DNA of 64,000 nucleotides from Escherichia coli (GTDB lineage Bacteria; Pseudomonadota; Gammaproteobacteria; Enterobacterales; Enterobacteriaceae): NCBI RefSeq assembly GCF_003334335.1, contig NZ_QOWQ01000027.1; one strand, 5' to 3'. Shown piece by piece: positions 1 to 10,949 of this stretch (position 1 is its first letter; each line of letters starts with the position of its first letter). The notes under the pieces were generated by a model. It saw only the letters and a program-made list of their open reading frames with translations, ran no database searches and was not told where the DNA came from. The position numbers and the translations under genes were made by a program.

Positions 1-77
1 GTGGCGGCCTCAGTCCGGAACAATTTGAAAACAAGAACCTCGCTTAGGCCTGTGTCCATATTACGTGGGTAGGATCA
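1..77 (+). mobile_element. 3' end of an IS3-family insertion sequence (transposase C-terminal codons ending ...VSILRG*, then terminal inverted repeat ending GGGTAGGATCA at 77); element continues beyond window start
   Basis: Reverse complement of 39-77 is TGATCCTACCCACGTAATATGGACACAGGCCTAAGCGAG, an IS3-type TG...CA terminal inverted repeat; an open frame runs in from the window edge and stops at 70-72. Confidence 0.6.
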
Positions 78-87
78 AAATGCCGCT

Positions 88-1446
88 TTATGGTGACTCA
101 CAAAAATTCACCACATCCCTCACAACCACCTTATTACGCCCGGTCTCTTTCGCCTCGTAAAGTGCGTTATCAGCCAGTCGATAGATCTCATTTGGGTTTA
201 ACGCATTTTCCTGAGTCACAACAGCGCCAATACTAATCGTCACTTTTTGTGGTATAGCGTATTCAGGATTATCGCCAGTTAAACGCTCAACATTTTCCCG
301 AATCCTTTCCGCTAAAGCTTTCGCACGTTCAGTATCGATGTCCGTCAGCAAGACGCCAAACTCTTCGCCGCCGACGCGCGCTAAAAGGTCATCTGGTCGT
401 ATGCTTTTCCCAATGATATTCACCACTGTTTTTATCACCTGATCGCCAACCGGATGCCCCCAGGTGTCGTTGACTTTTTTGAAGTGGTCGATATCCATAA
501 TCATGACGCAATAAGGCGTTTTTTGGGCTGATGCTGATTGAACTGTCAGTTCATTAAAAAAATAATTTCTGTTAAATATATTGGTTAAGGGATCGCGATG
601 TGCAATGTTCTTTGTTACTCGTAGCGCACTGAATATATGGCACATAAATATTACCATAACGGTTAACTTACTGACTACTTCAATAGTGCGACTAATATAC
701 CAAGTGGACACGCTATACCTGCTCATAAATAACAGAGAGATATTGTACAGTACGGCACAAAAAGCAATCACCGTCACTCCATTCCAGATATCATAGCGTA
801 AACCATTAAAGTATAGATTAACCGAAAGCAAGGTTAACCACATGAAAATCATTATGGTAACATATGAGGCTTTCCAAACCACCTGACCATTTTCATTGGT
901 TAACTCGGCAATGTGTAAATTGTAGCTCTCATAATGACTAGAAAGTATGTGAGCAACTATCGGCCCCCCAAAAACAAAAAACAAACTTATGCACAAAGTC
1001 ATTTTTTTGGAAAATAAATTGCGCTGTTTTGTGTTTTCACTAACTTTATTCACCAATGCCAGAAATATTAATATGCACAAACTCATCTGACGAAACAAAT
1101 AATAGATTGCAATGTCATTTTGGACAACACTGCTTGTCAAACGCTCCTCAATAATTTGCTGAATGATAATGACGGTTATAACAAAGTAAATCAAACAACT
1201 CAGAAAAGCCAAACTAAGTACACAGTTTGAAAATTGCCTACGGTCATAAATGAAATACAACTGCATAAAAATAAATGCAACAGTATCGACAAAAAATAAA
1301 GCAATCATTACCATCAGATAGGTTGATCGTGGAACAACTTCCTCAACGCCTGGCTGATTAAACCAACTATTCACCAAAACCAAAGCAAGCCCAAACAATA
1401 AGCTCACTAATACAGTACTACTAATTCTCAAATAGTCTTTTTCCAT
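88..1446 (-). CDS. dgcT: Membrane-anchored diguanylate cyclase (GGDEF domain, GGEEF motif), 452 aa from internal Met of the track ORF
   Basis: ORF track 88..1518; translation contains RVGGEEFGVLL and multiple N-terminal TM helices; start set at MEKDYLR; AT-rich gene. Confidence 0.85.
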   Translation of the reverse strand: MEKDYLRISSTVLVSLLFGLALVLVNSWFNQPGVEEVVPRSTYLMVMIALFFVDTVAFIFMQLYFIYDRRQFSNCVLSLAFLSCLIYFVITVIIIQQIIEERLTSSVVQNDIAIYYLFRQMSLCILIFLALVNKVSENTKQRNLFSKKMTLCISLFFVFGGPIVAHILSSHYESYNLHIAELTNENGQVVWKASYVTIMIFMWLTLLSVNLYFNGLRYDIWNGVTVIAFCAVLYNISLLFMSRYSVSTWYISRTIEVVSKLTVMVIFMCHIFSALRVTKNIAHRDPLTNIFNRNYFFNELTVQSASAQKTPYCVMIMDIDHFKKVNDTWGHPVGDQVIKTVVNIIGKSIRPDDLLARVGGEEFGVLLTDIDTERAKALAERIRENVERLTGDNPEYAIPQKVTISIGAVVTQENALNPNEIYRLADNALYEAKETGRNKVVVRDVVNFCESP

Positions 1447-1799
1447 AAAGCTACACCAATCTGTAGGTTGTAGATCCCTTTCTATTATTAATAGATATAA
1501 GAACTGTACTGTTGTCAATATGAAATTCCGCCCACAAACAATACCGATGATGATAGTTGCTGAATGTAATTATTATTGCCTAAGTGCTTTATACATTGTT
1601 TGCAACAAGCCAGGCTTGAAAATACTTATAAATGGTTATAGAAAATCCTTATAAAACATTAATTCATAGATACATTAGGAATAACAATTAAATCCGTGAG
1701 TGCCGTAGCGCAGCCTTTCATCAGGACTTTCGAAAAATCCGAAATCATGCATCGGAATTTACTGATTTAATTATTTTAATCCTAATTTATTTTGAAAAA

Positions 1800-2032
1800 G
1801 GCATTGGGATTTATGCCGTATTCCTGAAGATCCTCATCATTGGAATGGATTTTCGGGCGAGAAAAGGATTTTATATGGACACTCTGCTCATCATTTCTTC
1901 TTCTCATCATCAACAATTCACGTCTCTCTTCCGCGTTTAATAACGGATTATGAGGTGCAAAAATATCTTTCTTTTCAGTTACCTGTAATTAGATACAGAG
2001 AGAGATTTTGGCAATACATGGAGTAATACAGG
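1800..2032 (+). promoter_or_regulatory. pgaA promoter / long 5' leader with multiple GGA motifs (CsrA-binding type), last one overlapping the SD (acaGGAtg)
   Basis: Several GGA motifs visible upstream of the pgaA ATG; known architecture of the pgaABCD leader; exact TSS not determinable from sequence. Confidence 0.4.
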
Positions 2033-4456
2033 ATGTATTCAAGTAGCAGAAAAAGGTGCCCGAAAACCAAATGGGCTTTGAAACTTCTTACTGCCGCATT
2101 TTTAGCAGCGAGTCCCGCGGCGAAGAGTGCTGTTAATAACGCCTATGATGCATTGATTATTGAAGCTCGCAAGGGTAATACTCAGCCAGCTTTGTCATGG
2201 TTTGCACTAAAATCAGCACTCAGCAATAACCAAATTGCTGACTGGTTACAGATTGCCTTATGGGCCGGGCAAGATAAACAGGTTATTACCGTTTACAACC
2301 GCTACCGTCATCAGCAATTACCAGCGCGTGGTTATGCAGCTGTCGCCGTCGCTTATCGTAACCTGCAACAATGGCAAAACTCGCTTACACTGTGGCAAAA
2401 GGCGCTCTCTCTGGAGCCGCAAAATAAGGATTATCAACGGGGACAAATTTTAACCCTGGCAGATGCTGGTCACTATGATACTGCGCTGGTTAAACTTAAG
2501 CAGCTTAACTCTGGAGCACCGGACAAAGCCAATTTACTCGCAGAAGCCTATATCTATAAACTGGCGGGGCGTCATCAGGATGAATTACGGGCGATGACAG
2601 AGTCATTACCTGAAAATGCATCTACGCAACAATATCCCACAGAATACGTGCAGGCATTACGTAATAATCAACTTGCTGCCGCGATTGACGATGCCAATTT
2701 AACGCCAGATATTCGCGCTGATATTCATGCCGAACTGGTCAGACTGTCGTTTATGCCTACGCGCAGTGAAAGTGAACGTTATGCCATTGCCGATCGCGCC
2801 CTCGCCCAATACGCTGCATTAGAAATTCTGTGGCACGATAACCCAGACCGCACTGCCCAGTACCAGCGTATTCAGGTTGATCATCTTGGCGCGTTATTAA
2901 CTCGCGATCGTTATAAAGACGTTATTTCTCACTATCAGCGATTAAAAAAGACGGGGCAAATTATTCCGCCCTGGGGGCAATATTGGGTTGCATCGGCTTA
3001 TCTCAAAGATCATCAGCCGAAAAAAGCACAGTCAATAATGACCGAGCTCTTTTATCACAAGGAGACCATTGCCCCGGATTTATCCGATGAAGAACTTGCG
3101 GATCTCTTTTACAGCCACCTGGAGAGTGAAAATTATCCGGGCGCGCTAACTGTCACCCAACATACCATTAATACTTCGCCGCCTTTCCTTCGGTTAATGG
3201 GCACGCCTACGAGCATCCCGAATGATACCTGGTTACAGGGGCATTCGTTTCTCTCAACCGTAGCAAAATATAGTAATGATCTTCCTCAGGCTGAAATGAC
3301 AGCCAGAGAGCTTGCTTATAACGCACCAGGAAATCAGGGACTGCGCATTGATTACGCGAGTGTGTTACAAGCCCGCGGTTGGCCTCGTGCAGCAGAAAAT
3401 GAATTAAAAAAAGCAGAAGTGATCGAGCCACGTAATATTAATCTGGAGGTTGAACAAGCCTGGACAGCATTAACGTTACAAGAATGGCAGCAGGCAGCTG
3501 TCTTAACGCACGATGTTGTCGAACGTGAACCGCAAGATCCCGGCGTTGTACGATTAAAACGTGCGGTTGATGTACATAATCTTGCAGAGCTTCGTATCGC
3601 TGGCTCAACAGGAATTGATGCCGAAGGCCCGGATAGTGGTAAACATGATGTCGACTTAACCACCATCGTTTATTCACCACCGCTGAAGGATAACTGGCGC
3701 GGTTTTGCTGGATTCGGTTATGCCGATGGACAATTTAGCGAAGGAAAAGGGATTGTTCGCGACTGGCTTGCGGGTGTTGAGTGGCGGTCACGTAATATCT
3801 GGCTCGAGGCAGAGTACGCTGAACGCGTTTTCAATCATGAGCATAAACCCGGCGCGCGCCTGTCTGGCTGGTATGATTTTAATGATAACTGGCGTATTGG
3901 TTCGCAACTGGAACGCCTCTCTCACCGCGTTCCATTACGGGCAATGAAAAATGGTGTTACAGGCAACAGTGCTCAGGCTTATGTTCGCTGGTATCAAAAT
4001 GAGCGGCGTAAGTACGGTGTCTCCTGGGCTTTCACTGATTTTTCCGACAGTAACCAGCGTCATGAAGTCTCACTTGAGGGTCAGGAACGCATCTGGTCTT
4101 CACCATATTTGATTGTCGATTTCCTACCCAGTCTGTATTACGAACAAAATACAGAACACGATACCCCATACTACAACCCTATAAAAACGTTCGATATTGT
4201 TCCGGCATTTGAGGCAAGCCATTTGTTATGGCGAAGCTATGAAAATAGCTGGGAGCAAATATTCAGCGCAGGTGTTGGTGCCTCCTGGCAAAAACATTAT
4301 GGCACGGATGTCGTCACCCAACTCGGCTACGGGCAACGCATTAGTTGGAATGACGTGATTGATGCTGGCGCAACGCTACGCTGGGAAAAACGACCTTATG
4401 ACGGTGACAGAGAACACAACTTATACGTTGAATTCGATATGACATTCAGATTTTAA
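2033..4456 (+). CDS. pgaA: PGA (poly-beta-1,6-N-acetylglucosamine) outer-membrane export porin, 807 aa
   Basis: ORF track; TPR-rich N-terminal region plus C-terminal beta-barrel-like region; first gene of pgaABCD. Confidence 0.95.
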   Translation: MYSSSRKRCPKTKWALKLLTAAFLAASPAAKSAVNNAYDALIIEARKGNTQPALSWFALKSALSNNQIADWLQIALWAGQDKQVITVYNRYRHQQLPARGYAAVAVAYRNLQQWQNSLTLWQKALSLEPQNKDYQRGQILTLADAGHYDTALVKLKQLNSGAPDKANLLAEAYIYKLAGRHQDELRAMTESLPENASTQQYPTEYVQALRNNQLAAAIDDANLTPDIRADIHAELVRLSFMPTRSESERYAIADRALAQYAALEILWHDNPDRTAQYQRIQVDHLGALLTRDRYKDVISHYQRLKKTGQIIPPWGQYWVASAYLKDHQPKKAQSIMTELFYHKETIAPDLSDEELADLFYSHLESENYPGALTVTQHTINTSPPFLRLMGTPTSIPNDTWLQGHSFLSTVAKYSNDLPQAEMTARELAYNAPGNQGLRIDYASVLQARGWPRAAENELKKAEVIEPRNINLEVEQAWTALTLQEWQQAAVLTHDVVEREPQDPGVVRLKRAVDVHNLAELRIAGSTGIDAEGPDSGKHDVDLTTIVYSPPLKDNWRGFAGFGYADGQFSEGKGIVRDWLAGVEWRSRNIWLEAEYAERVFNHEHKPGARLSGWYDFNDNWRIGSQLERLSHRVPLRAMKNGVTGNSAQAYVRWYQNERRKYGVSWAFTDFSDSNQRHEVSLEGQERIWSSPYLIVDFLPSLYYEQNTEHDTPYYNPIKTFDIVPAFEASHLLWRSYENSWEQIFSAGVGASWQKHYGTDVVTQLGYGQRISWNDVIDAGATLRWEKRPYDGDREHNLYVEFDMTFRF

Positions 4457-4464
4457 GGATAAAT

Positions 4465-6465
4465 ATGTTACGTAATGGAAATAAATATCTCCTGATGCTG
4501 GTGAGTATAATTATGCTCACCGCGTGCATTAGCCAGTCAAGAACATCATTTATACCGCCACAGGATCGCGAATCTTTACTCGCCGAGCAACCGTGGCCGC
4601 ATAATGGTTTTGTAGCGATTTCATGGCATAACGTTGAAGACGAAGCTGCCGACCAGCGTTTTATGTCAGTGCGGACATCAGCACTGCGTGAACAATTTGC
4701 CTGGCTGCGCGAGAACGGTTATCAACCGGTCAGTATTGCTCAAATTCGTGAAGCACATCGAGGAGGAAAACCGCTACCGGAAAAAGCTGTAGTGCTGACT
4801 TTTGATGACGGCTACCAGAGTTTTTATACCCGCGTCTTCCCAATTCTTCAGGCCTTCCAGTGGCCTGCTGTATGGGCCCCCGTCGGCAGTTGGGTCGATA
4901 CGCCAGCGGATAAACAAGTAAAATTTGGCGATGAGTTGGTCGATCGAGAATATTTTGCCACGTGGCAACAAGTGCGAGAAGTTGCGCGTTCCCGGCTCGT
5001 TGAGCTCGCTTCTCATACATGGAATTCTCACTACGGTATTCAGGCTAATGCCACCGGCAGCTTATTGCCTGTATATGTAAATCGTGCATATTTTACTGAC
5101 CACGCACGGTATGAAACCGCAGCAGAATACCGGGAAAGAATTCGTCTGGATGCTGTAAAAATGACGGAATACCTGCGTACAAAGGTTGAGGTAAATCCAC
5201 ACGTTTTTGTTTGGCCTTATGGCGAAGCGAATGGCATAGCGATAGAGGAATTAAAAAAACTCGGTTATGACATGTTCTTCACCCTTGAATCAGGTTTGGC
5301 AAATGCGTCGCAATTGGATTCCATTCCGCGGGTATTAATCGCCAATAATCCCTCATTAAAAGAGTTTGCCCAGCAAATTATTACCGTACAGGAAAAATCA
5401 CCACAACGGATAATGCATATCGATCTTGATTACGTTTATGACGAAAACCTCCAGCAAATGGATCGCAATATTGATGTGCTAATTCAGCGGGTGAAAGATA
5501 TGCAAATATCAACCGTGTATTTGCAGGCATTTGCTGATCCCGATGGTGATGGGCTGGTCAAAGAGGTCTGGTTTCCAAATCGTTTGCTACCAATGAAAGC
5601 AGATATTTTTAGTCGGGTTGCCTGGCAATTACGTACCCGCTCAGGTGTAAACATCTATGCGTGGATGCCGGTATTAAGCTGGGATTTAGATCCCACATTA
5701 ACGCGAGTAAAATACTTACCAACAGGGGAGAAAAAAGCACAAATTCATCCTGAACAATATCACCGTCTCTCTCCTTTCGATGACAGAGTCAGAGCACAAG
5801 TTGGCATGTTATATGAAGATCTTGCCGGACATGCTGCTTTTGATGGCATATTGTTCCACGATGATGCTTTGCTTTCAGATTATGAAGATGCCAGTGCACC
5901 GGCTATCACGGCTTATCAGCAAGCAGGCTTTAGCGGGAGTCTGAGCGAAATTCGACAAAACCCGGAGCAATTTAAACAGTGGGCCCGCTTTAAAAGTCGT
6001 GCGTTAACTGACTTCACTTTAGAACTTAGTGCGCGCGTAAAAGCCATTCGCGGTCCACATATTAAAACTGCACGAAATATTTTTGCACTTCCGGTAATAC
6101 AACCTGAAAGTGAAGCCTGGTTTGCACAGAATTATGCTGATTTCCTAAAAAGCTATGACTGGACCGCTATTATGGCTATGCCTTATCTGGAAGGTGTCGC
6201 AGAAAAATCGGCTGACCAATGGTTAATACAATTGACCAATCAAATTAAAAACATCCCTCAGGCTAAAGACAAATCTATTTTAGAATTACAGGCACAAAAC
6301 TGGCAGAAAAATGGTCAGCATCAGGCTATTTCTTCGCAACAACTCGCTCACTGGATGAGCCTATTACAACTGAATGGAGTGAAAAACTATGGTTATTATC
6401 CCGACAATTTTCTGCATAACCAACCTGAAATAGACCTTATTCGTCCTGAGTTTTCAACAGCCTAG
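4465..6465 (+). CDS. pgaB: PGA N-deacetylase lipoprotein, 666 aa here (ends at TAG 6463-6465)
   Basis: ORF track; lipoprotein signal (LTAC) and polysaccharide deacetylase-like sequence; in-frame continuation YPKND* after the amber reaches the pgaC overlap. Confidence 0.9.
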
Positions 6466-6475
6466 TATCCGAAAA

Positions 6476-7801
6476 ATGATTAATCGCATCGTATCGTTTT
6501 TTATATTATGTCTGGTGTTATGCATACCCCTATGCGTAGCGTACTTTCACTCTGGTGAACTGATGATGAGGTTCGTTTTCTTCTGGCCGTTTTTTATGTC
6601 CATTATGTGGATTGTTGGCGGCGTCTATTTCTGGGTCTATCGTGAACGCCACTGGCCGTGGGGAGAAAACGCACCAGCTCCCCAGTTGAAAGATAATCCG
6701 TCTATCTCCATTATCATTCCCTGTTTTAATGAGGAGAAAAACGTTGAGGAAACCATACACGCCGCTTTAGCACAGCGTTATGAGAACATTGAAGTTATTG
6801 CCGTAAATGACGGTTCAACAGATAAAACCCGTGCCATCCTGGATCGCATGGCTGCACAAATTCCCCATTTGCGGGTCATTCATCTGGCGCAAAACCAGGG
6901 GAAAGCCATTGCGCTTAAAACCGGAGCTGCCGCGGCGAAAAGTGAATATCTGGTGTGCATTGATGGCGATGCGTTATTAGACCGCGATGCGGCGGCATAT
7001 ATTGTGGAACCGATGTTGTACAACCCGCGTGTGGGTGCCGTAACCGGTAATCCTCGTATTCGAACACGTTCTACCCTGGTGGGTAAAATTCAGGTTGGCG
7101 AGTATTCCTCAATTATTGGTTTGATCAAGCGAACCCAGCGTATCTATGGAAACGTATTTACCGTTTCCGGTGTTATTGCCGCATTTCGTCGCAGCGCCCT
7201 GGCAGAAGTGGGTTACTGGAGTGACGATATGATCACCGAAGATATTGATATTAGCTGGAAGCTGCAGTTGAATCAGTGGACGATTTTTTACGAGCCACGG
7301 GCGCTGTGCTGGATATTAATGCCTGAAACGTTAAAAGGGCTGTGGAAACAGCGCCTGCGCTGGGCTCAGGGCGGTGCAGAAGTATTCCTCAAAAATATGA
7401 CAAGGTTGTGGCGCAAAGAAAACTTTCGAATGTGGCCGCTGTTTTTTGAATACTGCCTGACGACAATATGGGCCTTCACCTGCCTGGTCGGTTTCATTAT
7501 TTACGCAGTCCAACTTGCCGGTGTACCGTTAAATATTGAATTGACACATATCGCTGCGACACATACTGCCGGAATATTATTGTGTACGTTATGTTTACTG
7601 CAATTTATTGTCAGCCTGATGATCGAGAATCGCTATGAGCATAATCTGACTTCATCGCTTTTCTGGATTATTTGGTTCCCGGTTATTTTCTGGATGCTGA
7701 GCCTGGCAACGACATTGGTATCATTTACACGAGTCATGTTGATGCCTAAAAAGCAACGCGCCCGTTGGGTAAGTCCTGATCGCGGGATTCTGAGAGGTTA
7801 A
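6476..7801 (+). CDS. pgaC: PGA synthase, family-2 glycosyltransferase, 441 aa
   Basis: ORF track; GT2 motifs ([13 protein letters not shown] QxxRW) and TM segments. Confidence 0.95.
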
Positions 7802-7802
7802 T

Positions 7803-8216
7803 ATGAACAATTTAATTATTACGACCCGACAATCACCAGTACGTTTACTGGTTGATTATGTTGCCACAACCATCTTGTGGACATTATTTGCGTTGTTCAT
7901 ATTCTTATTCGCCATGGATCTGCTGACGGGTTATTACTGGCAAAGCGAGGCCAGAAGCCGACTTCAGTTCTATTTTTTGCTGGCAGTGGCGAATGCCGTC
8001 GTGTTAATTGTCTGGGCGCTGTACAATAAGCTGCGTTTTCAAAAACAGCAGCATCATGCAGCCTACCAATATACGCCGCAAGAATATGCAGAGAGCTTAG
8101 CAATACCTGATGAGCTCTATCAGCAACTACAAAAAAGCCACAGGATGAGCGTACACTTCACCAGCCAGGGGCAAATAAAAATGGTTGTTTCAGAAAAAGC
8201 GCTAGTCCGGGCATAA
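7803..8216 (+). CDS. pgaD: PGA synthesis accessory membrane protein, 137 aa
   Basis: ORF track; start overlaps pgaC stop (TAATATG); two TM helices. Confidence 0.9.
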
Positions 8217-8248
8217 ACACCCAAAACAAAGCCCGGTTCGCCCGGGCT
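8217..8248 (-). terminator. Hairpin (AGCCCGG-TTCG-CCGGGCT) with T-rich run on the minus strand, between convergent pgaD and phoH
   Basis: Inverted repeat at 8230-8248; minus-strand T-tract corresponds to plus-strand A-rich 8217-8229. Confidence 0.4.
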
Positions 8249-8265
8249 CTGCACCGATAACACAC

Positions 8266-9243
8266 TTAACTGTAGGCATGCAGCGTACGTTGGCAAAGTG
8301 CCGAACGTACGCAGTCCTCTTTACCGAACCGGACGATCCCAACCATTTCATCTTCTTCGAAACGTTCCAGCGCGTCACTTAATCCGGAGCACACGCCGCG
8401 AGGCAAATCGCATTGCGTGATATCACCGTTGACGATAACCGTCACGTTCTCCCCGAGGCGGGTTAAAAACATTTTCATTTGCGCGGCAGTCACATTCTGC
8501 GCCTCGTCAAGAATGACGACTGCATTTTCAAAGGTACGTCCACGCATATAGGCGAACGGCGCAATTTCCACCTTCCCTATTTCCGGTCGCAGGCAGTACT
8601 GCATAAAGGAAGCCCCTAAGCGCCGGACCAGCACGTCGTAGACCGGGCGAAAATAGGGAGCAAACTTTTCTGCGATATCTCCAGGTAAGAAGCCAAGATC
8701 CTCATCGGCTTGCAGAACTGGACGGGTGACGATAATCCTGTCGACATCCTTATGTATCAGGGCCTCTGCCGCTTTTGCTGCGCTGATCCAGGTTTTTCCG
8801 CACCCGGCTTCGCCCGTGGCGAATATCAGCTGCTTACTCTCAATAGCCTTCAGATAGTGCAATTGCGCTTCATTTCGCGCGAGGATGGGCGAGGTATCGC
8901 GACTGTCGCGGGCCATACCAATGGCTTCTACGCCGCTCATCTGCACAAGCGAGGTGACCGATTCTTCTTCACGCTGCTTATGGCTGCGCGAATCCCGTCT
9001 CAGCACACGTTTTGCCTCGCGACGAGCTTTGATCACTGCTTTTTGTCTTCCCATGGAGAGCACCTTGAGTTGTTTGTATTCATCACACGCGCCGTTGGCA
9101 GCGCGATTATGCGCACGAACATCAGAGGGTTGGCTTCCTTGTAAGCCATAGTTTGCTTTTGGATAAAATGCCGAAAAACGGCTACGCGTACCGTTTACGG
9201 CGTCGGTAACACATGAAAAGAAAGGATGAGGTTGAAAATGCAA
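8266..9243 (-). CDS. phoH: PhoH ATP-binding protein (P-loop GEAGCGKT); continuous frame from TTG at 9243, with the canonical N-terminus (MVTSCTGHVLDNQ...) in a different frame upstream
   Basis: ORF track; Walker A motif; upstream ATG at 9329 opens a 44-codon frame ending at 9195-9197; 9329 down to 8266 is 1064 nt (3n+2). Confidence 0.8.
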   Translation of the reverse strand: MHFQPHPFFSCVTDAVNGTRSRFSAFYPKANYGLQGSQPSDVRAHNRAANGACDEYKQLKVLSMGRQKAVIKARREAKRVLRRDSRSHKQREEESVTSLVQMSGVEAIGMARDSRDTSPILARNEAQLHYLKAIESKQLIFATGEAGCGKTWISAAKAAEALIHKDVDRIIVTRPVLQADEDLGFLPGDIAEKFAPYFRPVYDVLVRRLGASFMQYCLRPEIGKVEIAPFAYMRGRTFENAVVILDEAQNVTAAQMKMFLTRLGENVTVIVNGDITQCDLPRGVCSGLSDALERFEEDEMVGIVRFGKEDCVRSALCQRTLHAYS

Positions 9244-9477
9244 AGTGACGAGATGACTACCGAGGAGAAAACTCCGCGAGTGGTGGCGCGTTGATTATCT
9301 AAAACATGTCCAGTACAGGACGTTACCATCCGCGATCTCCATAGTGACTGACTATCACTGCCGGGAACTTCCGCTGCTACTTAATAAGTACAACAGATCT
9401 CGCATTTATTGCAACAATATATTTACTTATATTTAACTATAAAACACCATTTCAGTGACATTAGTTTCTACTGGAAA

Positions 9478-9496
9478 GATGACAGAGTGATGACAG
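9478..9496 (-). promoter_or_regulatory. Pho box (PhoB-binding direct repeats CTGTCATCACTCTGTCATC) upstream of phoH
   Basis: Two CTGTCAT repeats 11 bp apart on the minus strand, about 150 bp upstream of the phoH ATG at 9329. Confidence 0.6.
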
Positions 9497-9539
9497 ATAT
9501 GAAAAAAGCTGTGTGCTTTCAGCAGGATTCGCATCAGGC

Positions 9540-9660
9540 ATCTGCGCACGAACGCCGTATGCGGCGTGAACGCCTTATCCGCCTACCGAACCCGCACCGA
9601 TTGTAGGCATAAGAAGACGCGCAAGCATCGCATCAGGCATCTGCGCAAGAACGCCTTATC
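9540..9660. repeat. REP/BIME-type extragenic palindromic repeats (two related copies, GCCGnATGCGGCGTGAACGCCTTATCCG-like)
   Basis: Characteristic REP consensus-like sequences repeated between phoH promoter region and efeB 3' end. Confidence 0.5.
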
Positions 9661-9672
9661 CGTCTAAAAACA

Positions 9673-10944
9673 TTAAACCCGCAATAACGCGCTTCCGAGA
9701 TAATCGTTCGCGTCCTTCACTCCCGGCAGCGCAAAAAAATAACCGCCGCCGATAGGTTTAACGTATTCCTCCAGCGCTTCGCCATTGAGCCTTTTTTGTA
9801 CTGTCAGGAAGCCTTTTTCCAGATCGTGTTGGTAACAGACAAACAGTAGCCCCATATCCAGTTGCCCGGAGTTGGTGACGCCCAGTGAATAACTGTAGCC
9901 ACGACGCAGCATCAGGCTGGACTCACTCTCCGCCGTGCGGGGATTCGCCAGCCGGATATGGCTGTCCAGCGCAATCACCTTCCCTTCCGGATCGCTGGCG
10001 TAATCGGGAACATCATGCTCATGCTGCATTCCCAGCGGCGCACCGGTTTGCTTATCACGACCAAAAATCGTCTGCTGTTCTTTCAGCGGAGTTCTGTCCC
10101 AAAATTCCACTCGAAACTGAATCAAGCGTACTGCCTGATAGCTACCACCGATTGTCCACGCAGGCTCCTGCTGATCTGCCGTCACCCACACCACTTTTTG
10201 CATCAACTTATCATTCTGGCTATCGGGATTGGCGGTGCCGTCTTTAAAGCCCAGCAAATTTATCGGCGTCTCTTTGCCTTTACTACGCGCTGCGTGATCG
10301 GAAATAAACCCTTCCCGCTTCCAGCGCACGCTGAGCAAATCCGGCGTGTGTTTGATGATATCGCGCAGTGAATGGATCACCGTGTCCTGGGTGTTGGCGC
10401 AAATTTGTAGCAACACATCACCATGACATAACGCCGCATCCAGCGAGTCATTAGGGAAACGCGTCATTTTCTGCAACTTTTTCGGCATCTGCGGTGTAAG
10501 GCCAAACCGCTCATCAAACAATGACTGGCCCACTGATAACGTTATGGTGAGATTATCGGGCGCAATGTAGCCGCCAAGAATGCCGGAATCGAGTGGTGGC
10601 AGGCGCGGATTTGGCGTTTCTGGTGCCGCTCCGCCCTGAGTCAGAAAAGCAAAACGCTGAGTCAACAAGCGAAACAACCGTTCAAGATCGGGTTTATCGC
10701 TGGCAAGCACATCAAACGCCACCAGCATCATTGCGGCCTGTTGTGGCGTCAGGATCCCTGCCTGATGCTCACCATAAAACGGCTGTTTCTCATTGCGTGC
10801 ATCCGGTGAAAGCGTACCCGGCGCACTTTGCGTTTTTTGTGCATGAGCGACCGGACAACTTCCCGCCAGCGCCAGTGCACCAATGCCTTTCAGTAAACGT
10901 CGGCGTGACGGTTCATTCACGCCGTTTTTATCTTCATACTGCAT
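9673..10944 (-). CDS. efeB: Dye-decolorizing (DyP-type) haem peroxidase, Tat-secreted, 423 aa
   Basis: ORF track; twin-arginine signal ([16 protein letters not shown]); efeUOB operon context. Confidence 0.95.
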   Translation of the reverse strand: MQYEDKNGVNEPSRRRLLKGIGALALAGSCPVAHAQKTQSAPGTLSPDARNEKQPFYGEHQAGILTPQQAAMMLVAFDVLASDKPDLERLFRLLTQRFAFLTQGGAAPETPNPRLPPLDSGILGGYIAPDNLTITLSVGQSLFDERFGLTPQMPKKLQKMTRFPNDSLDAALCHGDVLLQICANTQDTVIHSLRDIIKHTPDLLSVRWKREGFISDHAARSKGKETPINLLGFKDGTANPDSQNDKLMQKVVWVTADQQEPAWTIGGSYQAVRLIQFRVEFWDRTPLKEQQTIFGRDKQTGAPLGMQHEHDVPDYASDPEGKVIALDSHIRLANPRTAESESSLMLRRGYSYSLGVTNSGQLDMGLLFVCYQHDLEKGFLTVQKRLNGEALEEYVKPIGGGYFFALPGVKDANDYLGSALLRV

Positions 10945-10949
10945 AATGC

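Noticed and set aside
581-796. Short ORFs embedded in or antisense to long recognised genes (e.g. 581..796, 3352..3666, 15848..16258, 17235..17735, 33591..34304, 34329..35695, 60441..61304 and many others in the track)
   Set aside because: They overlap well-supported genes on the opposite strand or in another frame, have no SD or recognisable product, and are the expected by-product of six-frame translation.
88-1518. N-terminally extended versions of track ORFs (ycdT 476 aa, putA 1342 aa, rutA 393 aa, rutG 480 aa, torC 406 aa, hyaF 305 aa, and others)
   Set aside because: The track reports the longest frame from the most upstream start-type codon; internal starts matching the conserved N-termini, with operon overlaps and SD spacing, are more plausible.
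9409-9606. 65-aa ORF in the phoH-efeB intergenic region
   Set aside because: Lies across the Pho box and the REP repeats; sequence is repeat-derived, not coding.
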